A DNA stretch of 64,000 nt from Adineta vaga (taxonomy: Eukaryota > Animalia > Rotifera), in contig CP075492.1 in assembly GCA_021613535.1 (NCBI GenBank), forward strand, positions 1,054,001 through 1,118,000, given 5' to 3'. This document shows positions 12,091 to 26,979 of this stretch, in pieces; within the stretch, counting starts at the first letter, position 1; each line of letters opens with the position of its first letter. Both the position numbers and the translations under genes were made by a program. The notes under the pieces are model-generated. The model did not search any database. It had not been told where the DNA came from and saw only the letters and a program-made list of their open reading frames with translations.

Positions 12091-15000
12091 TCAATTAAAA
12101 TCTGAGAATACAGGCATTTCATTCATATTTCCATCTCCATCGATACTAGAACAATTTGTAATCGCATAATTTAAACGATCATACATCACATTCGTTGATG
12201 AATATTCGGGTAGATCCAAAGTAAAACCACAAGTATGTGCTCCTAAAAGAAGAAAATGTAGCAATAGCATTCTCTCGATCTTTGTATTTTGAAAAAAAAA
12301 ATGATATTGAAAACGTTGCCTTACGTGGAAGAGCTCCATCGATTGGACCATTAGTAATTTCATACGGATTGATCACAAACTTCGATATAAATTCTTCATC
12401 TCGACTCGGTAATGTTGATCGACCCCAAACAAATTTTAAAAATAACTTTTTCTGTTCTTCAGTGAATTTCGTACTTAGTACTTTCCAAAAATGTTGAATA
12501 CATCCTGAAGTTAATCGAAAATTACCACCATACGTCGTGTTGCGTTTTAATAATTCAATATCAATTTCACCTTTGCCACACACAGCTTCTTCTAACTCAC
12601 GAGCCGTAAATAAACATAAGAAATAGCCAGGTATTACACTGTATAATCCTTGACGAATGAATTCAATTTGTCGAGAAAATTCCTGTAAACGATATTGACG
12701 ATAAGTTGAACAATATTCGTTGAGATTCTGCCAAGTGATAGATATATCATGTCCACCAGATACCAATTCAAACGTCTGTCCACTGGCACTAACGACTTCA
12801 AATCGTAATTCTTCAAGTATACTACTGAGTACATCGTTTTCTGTATCTATCAATTGATCTGGAGAATCAAACGTTTTTTCCAATTGATTAATTAGATTAA
12901 AACTTTGTATATCAATTGCTTCAATATCTTCTAAAGTGACTTCATCATTCACTAATTGTTTCCATAAAAACGTCGGAAATTTTAAATCTAAATAGAAATG
13001 TTTTCGAATTGCCATACCCATCAGTTGACCTATAAATCGATATTGCTTTTTGATAACCATCGGAATCGATTTATTCGGTGGAAAAACATTTGGAATCCAA
13101 CGATCACGATTCAAACCATCGTTCATTCGTCCATTGGGACAGAGAATAAATAATGATAATCGAGTACTACATATATCTCCACAAATACATGTAATAGAAT
13201 CACGATAGGGACCACCTGCATCAGTACTATGCATACCAAGATATTGTGCTCGCCAAAGACGTTCATTTTGTCGTCGAAAAAGAATATGAGCATTCGAATG
13301 GAGTTGTTCGTATCCTTGATAAAACATAGTTTTGGTTGTTATCGTACTTATTGCCTGAAGAGTATCAAAATTGACTGATAGAATATTATTCTCTGATGGC
13401 AATGCTGTAACAGCCAAAGCTCTTTCGAATAATTGAAGTTTTGTAGTACGTAAAATATACGATCTCGATGATCGAAATTTGTCGGTAACAAAACTTTGTC
13501 CAATTGGAAGACTAAGATCAACGAATGAAAGGAGTTTTTCAATGAATACATTTAATGCATAGGAGAATTTTATTCGTGTTTGAATGCAATGAATTGGAAT
13601 ATGCCACAGCGATGGATAACTTTTAAAATGAATTGAATTGTCTTCAATATTCATTGGTAAACTAGTCATTAGATGTTGATTTATATAATCAATTAATTGA
13701 AAATCAGCAGTCAGATCAAAATAACGATGAGTTTGTTCAATTTCATCTCGAGAAAATTTATGTTGATTATCGACTATTTCGTTCAATTGAAAAATAAATA
13801 ATTCGGGAAATGAAATATGTTTTGTTCGATTGTTTAACACATTTAGTATATCAATTAAAATTAATAGATGATGAAATGATTGAGGAAAATCAAAGTTTAT
13901 CAAATCATTTTTACATCGTTCGAATAATAAATAAATTAGATCTAACATTGCTGTTTGAAATGTTTTCATCGTATGATTTAATATTGATGGAGAGTCCAAT
14001 GATAATTGAATAAATAAATGAAAGAAAAAATTTTGAATATGTTTACTGAAATTGAATCGTTGACTTATTTGTAACAATCTACGAAAATCAAATGGAAAGA
14101 TACAAATACGATCAAAATAAACATATTACAATTTGATTTACCCAATGAAAAGATGAAGAATGATTAGTTTTGTTTGATACAATGGACATAGAAGAAATAA
14201 ATCAAATAGATATTCGATAAAAATCGTTGGAAAGATAATAGGAATTAATATATCGATATTAATTTGTTTTCTTATCGATAATTCAGTTAGTAATGAAAGA
14301 AAAAGATTGAATAGTTTGAGAATAAATTTCAAATTTGGTTTTTGAATCATTTTCATCGATTGATTATCATCAGTAATTAATAATGATGGATCAGTAATCA
14401 ATTGAATCATTTGTATACTAAGATTTTTTTGTAATTGATAGAGAAGTGATGTTGTATTGACTAATGAATTGTTTTTCATTAATTGTTTGATTTCTATAGT
14501 AAGAATTGTTTTAATTAATAAACTCATTCGATCAATATCTTCATCAGTATGTAATCGAGTATTATTATAATGATAATCTAATAATCGAAATAATGTTACA
14601 AGAAATGTATAATTACCAAATATTTCTAATGGAAATAAAGTTGATCCATCTAAAGACCAAACTTTTAATATTGTTAAAATAACATAATGAGCATACACTG
14701 AGATTAAACCATGTTCACATGCTATTCTCAAGGTAATCAATTGATGATAAGGAATATTTTGATGAGAATATTGAGTCTTTTTCCAATGTTGATCGATAGT
14801 CGATATTTGTAATAGATTTTTTTCTGATGAATTTCGATTCAAATCAAATAATTGATGAGTTAAATCACTTCCTTGAATAATCGATGGAGATTGATCTTGA
14901 ATCCATTCATGAAAGTTTTTGTTAATATTTAGATGATCTACAGCTTGATCAAACCAATTTTTATCTGAGAATAGAGATGGCTTTGATTCTTGGAGAGTAT

Positions 15001-18000
15001 TCCAATTCTCAAATAGAACTGTACCAAGTCTAATGATCTTTTCATCAGTATCAACATTTGTAAATGGAAGAAGATTTTGTAGTTTACATTTATCAATCAA
15101 TGGATTCATTCTAGCAAGAAGATTATTATTCTGATTCATTTTTATCGCTACGTCAGATTGTTGACGAAGAATTTCATCGAGCATATATAAATTTCTTGTT
15201 GTATATTGTTCTAACACTGATCTAATTAATGATGAATCATATCCATAGAGAATTAAACTTGGAGCAATTAGAGAATAAGGAGGTGTAACAAGATATTCTA
15301 ATGAATAGTTAGAAGATTTAAGATCATCATTAATATCCGTTATACATTTTGTTATAAAAGTAATCGATTTACATTTGATACGAAATATATTATTCTTGAT
15401 TATATTATGTTGACGAAATAAATCAATATGATTATCATTAATCAATAATTGATGTTGATTTGTACTTATATCAAGATATAGTACGCCATTGATATACAAT
15501 TTTAATATTGATTCTTTAACAACAATCATTAGACGTACATATTCATTTAGTTTTAATCGTAAATCAGTTTTTGTTTGATGATTGGTTAGACATAATTTTG
15601 CTTCGTGTGTTAAATAAATACTAACATCTGGATTAAGAGTGATCAATATCAATTGATCATTCTCTGTTGGTAAATGATCAATTTGAATGTCGATAATTAG
15701 TGTATATTCTGACCATGGATGAATTGTTTTATCCAAAACAAGATAATTTGTATTTTCATTTAGTTGTATAGTAGATCGGTCAGTTCCAACGATCGTTTCG
15801 AAATATTTCCATTCATCTGTATCTGATTCACATTGAATTTTATGCCATTTTTCAATAGTAAATGGTTCATGCATAGGTACAAGAGATCCATCTAGAAAAC
15901 TCTCTTGTTTGGCTTTGAATGTCCATGTATTTGCTATTTTTAGATATTCTGTCAATCGATTGTGATCAGAGGCAATATGAGTTAAGCCTGCATCGAATAA
16001 GTAACGAATTTGTTCTTCAGGTAGAGCATTTTTCCAAAAAGCAAGATTTCGAATTTTACCATAAGTCTTAGACAAAATATGAAGTTCAAATGGAGTAGTA
16101 ATGGAGACGTTCAATGTTTTGTATTCATGATTAATATATGTTTTTATTTGTTGTTCGTTGACATAGAATACAATAGCTATACGAGTATTTCTGATTACTT
16201 TTTCAAACGGTATTTTCATGGATATTTTAGATCCTAATGTGAGAAGGTGGATATTATCTTCTTTTGAATGATTGCTCGAAAGTTCAAAGTCGAAGCTCAT
16301 TGTCCATGAATCACAATAATCGATCATAAATGGAAATCCATCACATTCCTCTGTTACAATCAATCGATTTTCAGCCACAAGAAATTTTGTTTCTAAATGA
16401 TGTTGATTGATAAAGTCACGTAGAAATATCTTTGAAGGTGCAACACGTGATCGATAGAGATTATATTGATCATCAGTACTTAACATATAAGCACTGAATG
16501 GATATCTTACTAGGGTAAGTATAGTCGGTACTAACAAAGGTTTGTAACCATTTGGCAAAGGACATTCATTCATATCTTCTGGACTAAAAATCCATTCACA
16601 AGTACTGAAAGATGATGTATCATTTACTCGTAAAGTAACACACGGATAGTAAGTAGTTTCAGATCGATTGGGACGCATATTACATATCGTTTCAGTTGAA
16701 CCAATTAGAAAATCATGAGCAAAAGCTGTACCTAAGAAGTGTCCATTTAACCAATAATTAATACGAGTATTGACGCCATCAATTTCAATTCCACACCCAC
16801 AAACATCATTACCATTCCAATGAACATTTTCTGCTATAAACGGAGATTCGATCTGATGATACAACATTCCTTGAGATCCATCATATGACCATGAATATTG
16901 ATCTTGACCAACACCGATAGTATGACTAGGATTGAAACCATTTGTTGCCCATCCAATTTGTACAAATCGACTTTCTAACAAACGAATACAAAAGTACCAT
17001 TTACCTTGACTAAGACGCAAATTATCAACAGTAAAGGTTATCGCTGAAGTATTACCAGTTTCAGAAATTAAATACATTCGACCGGGAAATCGATGATGAG
17101 TTCCACATTCTTCTAACATCCATTGACCAATAATTTCAGGCAACATCGATACGATACAAATATCTTCGTTACCAATACGACCTTGTTTAAAATCATCTAC
17201 GAATTGCTTTGATCCAATAGGTTTCCATTGATTGTTATCTAAACTGTTGATCATCGATACTTCTTCTTTCAATAGAGAATTATGCCAGATATGATATTGT
17301 TCTGTATCATCAGTAATATGTTTTTGATGCTCACATCGATCTAAACTAAGACAATATTGTTCCAAATGTCGTTTGTTCAATAGATATAAGTCAGTGGGCT
17401 GTAAACGGTGAATAGTAGACAGAGCTGTAGTTGAAAGTTTGGCAATGATTGCTGCATAGGGTTTTTCCATGAAGATTTCTACTAGTTTTTTACCGGTCAT
17501 TAAGCGAAATAGAACTCCAATTGAACGACGTTTTAATGATAAAATAAGGAGAGAATCAAAGAGTGATTCATCAAGTTCAATAAAGTAGATCAAAGCATCA
17601 AATATTTTACTGATATTTGCGTGACTAATGGGTAGATCGAGTAGATAAGGTGGTAATACATCAAGTTCAATACGTAATTGATCAACTATAACCCAACGAG
17701 TTTGATTAGTTTGACAATATTGAACGAGAAAAGGAAATGGGCTATCTGGATTTGTCTCTAAAATTACTCCTAATTGAGTTTCTTGGTCGAATTGATCTTC
17801 AGCATAGATTTGAACGATCGATCCAATACCAAACGGATGAATATATCCACCTAAAATACTCAAACAAGCGAGTAGATGATTGATTCGATCTGCATCATTC
17901 GATATAAATGAATTGTAATTCGAGAAAATAATATGAAAGATATGTTCAATAGCGATCAGTTGCCATGGTGATACAATAGAAATGATCATTCGATAGATAT

Positions 18001-21000
18001 AAATCAATTCAGTAATGATTTCCGAAGATTTTTCTTTCGATCGAATACTATTACTGATTGTAAATAAAATTTCTTGTAGAAAACTTTTCATCAATGTGAT
18101 TGCTTGTTCTTGTGGTAGAGAGAAGATAATTTGACGTACTATTTTCAATACTAGGAGAATAGTGATTAGATTTGTACTACACTGATACATTTGCCATAAT
18201 TGATTGAAATATTCGAGAGTAGCACATCGCTTTCGGACATGTTCATATACTGTGACAGATCGAAGTAATAATATCAAGTATTGATTTGTTTCTTCGTATT
18301 TTTCTGATCCAAGAGCTATGTGTCGAAGGGAAATTTTTGTTGGTGCTACTTGATTCTTTTCTATAGAAAATAAATGTTTTAGTTCATTGAAAATACATTT
18401 TTCTTCGAACAATGTCTGGATATTTTCATCGTTGTCACTATACTTCCATAAATGTAAAATATACAAACGAAACCAGTGATATGCAAGACATTTCATTTCG
18501 TATGAAATAGATTGATTGTGAGAAGTAAGAAAGAGTGGAAATAATCGTTGAGGAACTTCATATTTACGCAAATATTGAATATCATCGGCAGTATACGATA
18601 AATTCAAAAGATAAAATACAAGAATTCCTAGTTTTATACTGTTTTGTGATAAATTCAGAAGAAGAAGAACATGAATGATCGAATGATAGACTTTACCAAT
18701 TTCTTCTTTCCATTGATTATTGACTGTTGAGATATTTTCCAAATACGACCATTGAACATCAATACTTCTTATATTCGACAGAAAGATAGTTAAAAAAGTT
18801 AACATTTGTTCATTTTGTTCAATTTGAATACATTTTTGAAGAAATGTATGAATAAATCGATATGTAATCCATCGAAACATTGCTCGTTCATATTGATATG
18901 ACATACATTGAAGAATTTCATTGAAATCCCATCGATTTTGATCACCATAAACATAGTTAACAATCGCTCGATGTATTGTTTCTTCATGATTTATTTTTTG
19001 ATTGATCCATTTCTTACTGTCTATCATCAATGTCTTAAATCGTAGACAAGCATCGAATGTTTGTTGTAATAATCGAGAATAGTTACTCTTAGATTGTCGT
19101 TGAGAATCTACTACTATAGTTGCTGATAAAGAACGTTCGATCTTAGGAATCCAATGACTCTCTTTGACGGAACAGAGTAAAAAGTGAGTTCGTGTTCGAA
19201 TCTGTTCATAGAGTTCATCACAATTACCACCTTGTCCTCGTACAGTAGCAAAAGTCATTTGAATACGATGAGCATATTCAAATAGGGACAACAATTTTTC
19301 ATGTGGTTTATTCGTATCATTATGAGATAATTCTTCTTTTGCTAAATTAACTCGACGATAATGTTTGAGATAGACAGCAAAGAGATGAGCACATGCCTTA
19401 TTAACGTATTGTTCAATCGATTTTTGTAGAAGACGATGTTTATCTTTGGTAAAATTTCGCATTTTTGATAGTAATTGTGTACCTTGATCAGTATTGTTAT
19501 ATACTGACAATAAGAACTCTTGATCATTGGATATTGTCTGTATCGAATAATCTATGAGTGTGAATTGACTATAGCGAGCCATGTTTGAGTGAAATAATGT
19601 TTCATTTAACGGATTTATTTCACATCCACCAGAGAATAAAGGTGATTTTAACATTTCAGTGTATTTCGTTTCTAGTAAATGTGATGGTTGACCTGATATT
19701 AGTAAATAACTGATTCTTCCTAATAACCAAGCAATATATCGAAATTGAGGTTTGTCGTTCATTTCTGTATGAGTAATATATTTTAAAATGAAATCAGATA
19801 ATAAAGGTAATATAGCCATAAAAATTGTTATCGAACGTATACGATCTTCAATGACATTCAAAGTACTTAATTGAACAAGAAATGATATAAATAAATCAGT
19901 GTCTATCATACATTGTTCGAATAATAATGAAAGATATCGAATAAATACAGAAATAAGAGATGTATTTTTATCACCATGAATGAGTCGAACAAAGATTAAT
20001 CGTTGAAATCGTTCGAGAATTCGTTGTACTGATTTTGTTGAATGAGAATAATGATTCATCAATGAGTTTAGGATTGTCCAAGTTTGATTCTTTTCTTCAT
20101 GTTCATCGTATAGAAGATCAATCCAAGTCATTAGATTTATATTATCTGCTAATGCAATTGAGAATTCTTCAGTTAAAATAGAATATCTATTTTCTAGAAT
20201 ATGTTGAGACATATAGAGTAATCTATCTGTAAATGAGAAGATTTGTTTTTCGAGAATATAAACAATCGCTTTTGCTGCTTGTCGACTAGCGATTGTATTT
20301 TCGGATTGATTCGTTGCCAATGAAAGGAAAACGTCAAACCAAGTTTTCCATTCTTTATCTATCCGATCTTCATTCCAACCAAATTCTTTACTTAATAAGT
20401 TTCGATTATCATCACTAATTAATAATAATAAATATTTCAAATGAGTAGTGAATAATCTCAAACACACGTTTAATATAAAGTTTAACGTAACATTACCACG
20501 TGTTCTATTCATATGCGATAATTGTTCAATAAACTGAAATAATTGATGAAATGTTTCAAAATTAAAGTCAAACGAAAGAGAACTATTCATCTTGCTAGAT
20601 CGATATTGTTTTTCAGCATGTAAAATATGATGAATATCAATATGAGCCATAGTTGCACCTGTGATCCATTGACCAGTGAATGTTTTTCTCTCGTGTTTCA
20701 TCATTGTTAAAGTGGGATATGCACCAATCGATGCTAGATAAGCCAATGGATTCCAAAGAAGTTTTTCTAAATAAATAAAAATAGTCTCTATTACCAAATG
20801 AAGAACAAAAAAAACATAAAGATTATGAAACCTGAAGATATTTTATCGCCTGTAACGATCCATTGTGGTGTGATTCGATCTTTCCATTGTTGATGAATCT
20901 TTTCAAAATTAGTATTGAATTGTTTTATGGTAGTTTGAATGATATAATTATGTTTGATATCAAATACCAATTGATGCAGGATGGGTAAAATATTTTTCAA

Positions 21001-21552
21001 GGTCCAGAGACCTCTGGAAGCTCTTGATAGACCGTCAAGGATTCCACTTTCTGAAAGGACCGATCTATTTCGATCTCGATTCGCACTTATCGCACGATTT
21101 GGCTCAGGCGATAATCGAGGTGGTAAGGGTGAAGGTTTACGATCAACAGATCGAAATCGTGGCGACGCTGTCAATCGATGATAGTGATCATCTTTGATTG
21201 ATTTTTGCTTGAGAATAAATGTCAATTGTTTGGGTTTGTCAAGAATATCTTGAATATTTCGTTGAACTTCAGTAAAATCATTCCACATTTGTTTTAGAAT
21301 TGTTTCTTTCAAGATATTGTCAATGTGAATATTCCATGTTCGAACTTCAGTAGTATTGGTTAAAATAGATAAATAGTTATGAAGTCGAGTAATTAACTGT
21401 TGTTCAGATGTCAAATTTGGATGAAAATGTCTTTCTCGTGAGAGGAAAAAATTTACATCTTCTTGATCATCGAACGATAGAAGAGTATTGATACTTGGAA
21501 TTGTATCATTAATTTTAATTAATGAAACGAATTCAGAGAAATATTGATCCAT
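12091..21552 (-). CDS. Giant (~3080 aa) HECT E3 ubiquitin ligase with SPRY/B30.2 and ConA/LamG-like domains
   Basis: Four ORFs joined in frame by GT-AG introns 20767-20831, 14079-14141, 12243-12324. HECT motifs DAGGPYRDSI, LFLKFVWGRSTLP, LPRAHTCGFTLDLPEY (catalytic Cys). SPRY motif GKWYF..VQIGWAT..GVGQDQYSWSYDG. Confidence 0.92.
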
Positions 21553-22216
21553 TTCTCTATCGTATGTATTATTGAAATAGAAAATAAATGTACTTCGATG
21601 ACGAAAACAAACCTTCAATCTTTATAAAAAAAATACGAACAAAAAAGGTACCGCGTGGATTGATGCTTATTTTTCTTTTTCTTTCTTTCTTTCTTCCATA
21701 TTATGACATACTCTGGTGTAAGAACATTCGATCTGATTCATTCTCATTCAAAGTAAGGTTGTATGTAACGTGAACAGATCGAATATAAGCCCTCACTGTC
21801 AAGATAACTGAACGTTGATTCAGCTTCTGCTATTATATTAAAATATTTAATGATCTTTTGAACTCCTTCGTTACAGAACATTCATTGTTATACAACTTTC
21901 ATTCATATATTTAAAGGAATTCTATCGCATGACGATTCGTTGTAAAAAAAAAACATCTTTCTGCTTTAATCATATAAAAATTCAATTACTTCAATGAAAA
22001 AAACGTTTTTTCGTATATACTGATTAATTCATAAGTAAATCGCCAGCAATCTTCTTATTTATTTTATATAATTAAAAAACCAAAAATATCTTTTCGCGTG
22101 TTTAAAATTATATGAGCATTACATGACATCTTCCTTTCGAGCTGATCGACTTTCAAATAATTCTTTATTCTTTTCACTTCCTGTTCTAGTACGCTGAATA
22201 AAACAAACAAAGAGAC

Positions 22217-22259
22217 CATCTTGAGTGTGTGGCTCAGGCTATACTTTAACCCACACCCA
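22217..22259. repeat. Telomere-repeat hairpin element (spacer type C)
   Basis: catcttgagtgtgtggct-caggctatactttaa-cccacaccca. Confidence 0.8.
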
Positions 22260-22605
22260 TCAGTTTGGTTGAGTGGCGACAGAAATATTCAACTTTTTCT
22301 TCGGTTAACTGACTTTTGGTTCATCCTGTATTTTCATATAATTTTAATCATTGGAAATCTGAATATATATATATATATTTAATAATTATAAATCAAAAAA
22401 ACGAGTTTTATTCAATAGATTATTCATCTACTCTCAAGTTACTCCTAATAACTAACCAATGCAAAATTTACGTCGAATATATATATATAATTTCATCACT
22501 AAAATTCTATCGAGAAACTCATGTATTGCTATTGTTTGAATGCGTCATTTATTTTCTAGTCATCATCATTCTTTTCATTTTTCTTTTTCAAACAACTAAT
22601 TACAC

Positions 22606-22657
22606 CATCTTGAGGGTGTATGTGGGTGTGGATCTCTTGTATTCACACTTACCCACA
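22606..22657. repeat. Telomere-repeat hairpin element
   Basis: catcttgagggtgtatgtgggtgtgg-atctcttgtatt-cacacttacccaca. Confidence 0.85.
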
Positions 22658-23971
22658 ATCATATCTACCTTATAAATATATTAAGATATGAATATGATAT
22701 AATATCAAATAAATAATTCTAATAGGAAAAGAATTTTTTTAAATGATTAGTCTATGAAAAACGATGTATATATTCGTTTTAAAATATCATCGAGTTACAC
22801 AGGTTTAAGACAATTTATATTAATTATTTAATTCTTTCTTTTAAATAAAGAAATTTAGATGAAAAAGAAAAAACTTCGTTTAGTTATTGAGAAATTTTCA
22901 AGGTCTAATTTCAAATCAAAATATTTTTCAAACAAAGATCACTTATAGATTCAATAAAAATTGAATTAACAAAAATATTTTATTTTTCTCAAATCTTATC
23001 GTTTCCTTTCCAAGTTTATTTTAATCAATTTTATTAAATTGAATGATTTAATTATTTCTCCATTCTGAAATGTAAAGAACTAGTAGAAACAGACAAGACA
23101 TTAAGATTCTTTGTTCGACCATTTTCTCCAACTATAACACTTCTTTCTCTCGCTATTTTCCACTTTCTCACTTCATTCTTTTGTTCATCAGATATTTTTT
23201 GATCTTTTGACCCTCATATAACTTCTTTCAAATTTTTCTTTGACTTTCTTAAGTAATCGAAAAGAAGAAAAAGAACACAAAATTTTCCTTTCAATGTTGA
23301 AATAGTTGATATTTGTTTTGTTCGATTTTGTAGAGAACAAGATTCAATTGAGTAAACTCATTTATTGACGAAAATATTTAAACATAAAGTACACCATTGT
23401 CGGCTTGTTCGGCTATATCGATCAGCCAGCGCTATTAAAGTTACACTTTGAAATTCTCGAAAAGAAATAATAGTTGCCAGCAAAAATCAATCATTTTGGC
23501 GCTAATACTGCTTGAAAACGCATTTCTCTCTCGTACCATATCTCAGTAATATCTATTTTGTCTCTGATGAAAATGAATGTATTAACAGATATTTTAATGC
23601 TAAGCTTTCAACCTAGTTTGACCAAATGACTTATTATTGTTATCAAAATAACCAAAATAGAGTTTTTAAAGAGCTTCATAATATCATGTGAGTGTGATAC
23701 TGCAAAGATAAAAGGTCAATAACCGACAACAGTGTCAAATATCTTGTCAATATGTTACAGCAGAATAGATCGTTGAAAACGCTTTCGTTAACTGGCTGTG
23801 GCTTGAAAAATACTGGTAGAGACAGACTGAAAGAAGCGGTTGCAGAAAAGAAAGATTTTTTCTTAAATATAGACACATTTGATTCACTTACATAATAAAA
23901 TGTTTACATAGATTCTACAGTTATAGATTATTCTAAGTTTTATATTGATTTCTAGATAATCATTATTCAAA

Positions 23972-24094
23972 ATGTCGAAAGCGACAGATAAGTTAATCAA
24001 ACTCGTCGAAAGTAAAACTGGTGAACTAGATTCATCGTCCAAAGCGCAAAAATATCTCCAAGAAGGAGCTGCTATCACAGCTCGTACTGAAATT
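23972..24094 (+). pseudogene. 5' fragment of a coding sequence (ankyrin-like LQEGAAITARTE) cut off by a hairpin element
   Basis: ATG-initiated MSKATDKLIKLVESKTGELDSSSKAQKYLQEGAAITARTEI runs directly into the element at 24095. Confidence 0.4.
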
Positions 24095-24165
24095 GATGTG
24101 GGTGGGTGTGGGTATAATCTTCTTCTCTCACCTACACCCACACCCACACCCACACCCTCAAGATG
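24095..24165. repeat. Telomere-repeat hairpin element (spacer type B)
   Basis: gatgtgggtgggtgtgggt-ataatcttcttctctc-acctacacccacacccacacccacaccctcaagatg. Confidence 0.92.
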
Positions 24166-24227
24166 ATGGTTCGGTATGCTTCTTACCAAACCACATCGAG
24201 CTTCATAAAGATTCGAAGGGTTCAGTA

Positions 24228-24574
24228 TACACAGTGCGAAACCATTTTAGTTTCGAAAACAATATAATATTTCAGTATAGTTTTACGTAAACACTCGTGG
24301 TTTCGTAGAAGTTGCACGAAACTATTATAGCAACTAAGAAACGATGAACGGTTTCGTCGAGTTTATACGAAACCTCAAAATGCTTTACGGAACTATCAAT
24401 GGTTTTGTGTCAAAGATTCTAAACTGATAAAGTTCAGTACAAGATGCGCGGAACTTCGCGAAGGTTTTGAAGTTTAACTTCAAAACTTTCGTCAAATTTC
24501 GGAACTTAAAATCGTTTCGTAGATGAATATTAAACCTATGAAGTTCGGTTTAACACCTTTTGTTTTAGAGTGTA
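24228..24574. mobile_element. Possible non-autonomous DNA transposon (TA-CAC...GTG-TA termini, internal tttcgt/acgaaa subrepeats; CMC-like)
   Basis: tacac at 24228-24232 and gtgta at 24570-24574; multiple inverted gtttcgt/acgaaac motifs inside. Confidence 0.4.
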
Positions 24575-24684
24575 TCTGTATTGATTATATTTGTGGCAGT
24601 TGTATCGCCCATATTCATATCGGTCTGAGTATTCGTGTTCGTGGAGGTCATTGAATGCATACTCGCAGCAGTCGTGACAGGGTC

Positions 24685-24913
24685 TGGCGGAACCAAAGTA
24701 TGGCATGGATAGGTGCCGCCTACTCACCGGACCAGATCGCTCGTCCACCCGTAAGTTTTGAAGAATTGACTTTTTAACAGTATATAAATTACATGCACTC
24801 TCAAAAGGAAATTGCTACTTGGAAAAGAGACGCGTCTTCAGGAAAATACTACTGTATTATTTTGGAAATCGGTAGGGCGGCGCCTGTCCATCCGTCTATT
24901 TCTGGTTACGCCA
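24685..24913. mobile_element. MITE with ~40 nt imperfect TIRs
   Basis: Left tggcggaaccaaagtatggcatggataggtgccgcc; reverse complement of right end tggcgtaaccagaaatagacggatggacaggcgccgcc. Confidence 0.7.
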
Positions 24914-25381
24914 TTATTAATAAACATTAGTTAATCGAACATTTATCTCTTTTTTTCTTTCTTTTATTTATAGAAGAAGACTACATATAATTATAATAAA
25001 TATAATAAACGCTTTACGTTTATAGTCTCGAAAATACATATTATTCCGTAATATTGCACATTACAAAAAGTACCAGTTTCCTCGATTCAAGAATTCTACG
25101 ACGAAATTAAATAGGACATTAAATCTTTGGCTCCTGGTTTTTTCTTGAGAAAATCAAAGTTTTTGAAGGTAATGTTTAGATATGAGTTCTATTTTTTTCA
25201 CAAAGAAATTTCATTTCGATTCTGGAAAACATTAATAGTTCATGTTTATATGATAGTCTTTGAAATAGTCAACAACTGAATAATGACACACTAGAACGAC
25301 AAAAAATATAGATGGAATGTGTACGAGTAAAACTGTCAAAATCAATAAATTGCTATAAATAAAAAAAAGAAAGAAAAGAAT

Positions 25382-26005
25382 TTATGGTTTATAACATTTC
25401 TCCAAATCTATGGGATAATCAAATTCATAATCAGGAACTGAACCGACAATCCAATTGAGAAATCGTGTTATCGTTGTTGATATTAATTTCCCTGTATTAA
25501 TATCAAATGATTTGAAAACTGTTTTAATTGGTTTTTGTTCAGATTTTTTCACATATAATCGATTTACATCACGATAACGATCATGTGTTGCATTAAATTC
25601 TATTTGCCATACTAAACAAGTACCATCACAATCACTATCAAAAATTAAGTCATCATAGATTTTCGTTGCACCACCAAATGAGTAAACTAAATTTGGCCAA
25701 TAATTCATTTCTGCATAGGGACCACCTCGATTAGCAATACATTGTGCTGGTCTACTCATAAAATCAAATAAATAAGTACGATCATCATTGCGGATATAAA
25801 TTTCTTGATTACCACCGAATTCTTCATTGCCAATATTTGAATACCAAATACGAGACATTTTTCCTATTTGATTATCAACAGCTAAACGTTCTTGAGGTAC
25901 ACCATTTGTAACTACAGTAAATCGATATTGATTTGGATTTGGAATTTGACTCAATACTGAATTAATCAGTGTAAGAAGTAGACATAAGAATGAGAAGAAA
26001 ATCAT
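25382..26005 (-). CDS. Secreted protein, probable ependymin-related (EPDR/LolA-fold)
   Basis: Signal peptide MIFFSFLCLLLTLINSVLS; C-terminal TRFLNWIVGSVPDYEFDYPIDLEKC resembles the EPDR F-N-G-D-F-P-C terminus. Confidence 0.6.
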   Translation of the reverse strand: MIFFSFLCLLLTLINSVLSQIPNPNQYRFTVVTNGVPQERLAVDNQIGKMSRIWYSNIGNEEFGGNQEIYIRNDDRTYLFDFMSRPAQCIANRGGPYAEMNYWPNLVYSFGGATKIYDDLIFDSDCDGTCLVWQIEFNATHDRYRDVNRLYVKKSEQKPIKTVFKSFDINTGKLISTTITRFLNWIVGSVPDYEFDYPIDLEKCYKP

Positions 26006-26979
26006 ATTTTTCGTTTTGTTTTTCTAGTAATCAGAATATTTCACGATGATATATATATATATGATAAATAATATTCTACTTTATCATTATCACCAACATT
26101 ACACGATGTGATATTTCACAAATGTTATACTCGCAACGCAATTTTTTTTATCACAATATTATATATAGAATAATAAAATACTCTAGAAAAGTTTATCTCA
26201 CAACATGTGCCATCTACAAGCTGTGCCTCAAAGATGAAACAGTTCAGTATTACTTAAAATTTCACTCTCACTCTATTCATTAGTAAAGTAATCTATACAA
26301 ACACATTTAAGGTTTTTTAGATAGATTTTTTTCAAATTTAAAATTAAGATGTACAGTAACGTTTCGATTGTTTTTCTTCTAAATATATGACAGTATCACT
26401 TTTTGTTAATATAAAATACCAAAATAAATAACACAATTGACTACCTGTGCACTGTATTTTGTATGATTCAAACTCAATCATTAATATAACTTTATTATAG
26501 GAAACTTTTTGGATCTTAGAAACCATGAGGAGCCTAATGCAAAAACTCTTTCGCGTCAATTTTTTTAAGTATTATTTACGAAATCCTCTTCGATTTGATT
26601 TTTGATAATGAGTCATGTAAAAAAACCATTCTGAGCTCCCAATATGTTAACAATAGTTCAGCATAAAATTTTTTCTAGAACGCAGAACTTATAAAGGTTT
26701 GATAAAAAACACCTCATATCACATTAAACGTTTTTATAGATTTCATCTAATTGTACGATAATATTTGGAATACTTTAAATACATACGAAAACGAAAAGAT
26801 TTCGTAGAACATCTTTTTTGTTTTCAGTGTATTACGACATTTAGTTAGAAATATTCTAATGCTATCAACGAACATGTTTATAATTTAAAAGAAGTAGTGT
26901 ATAATAGTCACAGCGCCGATGATTTTAGGTCATTCAATAGTTAGTTCGGAATGCAATCTAGAGGCGAAACATTTTTCTT

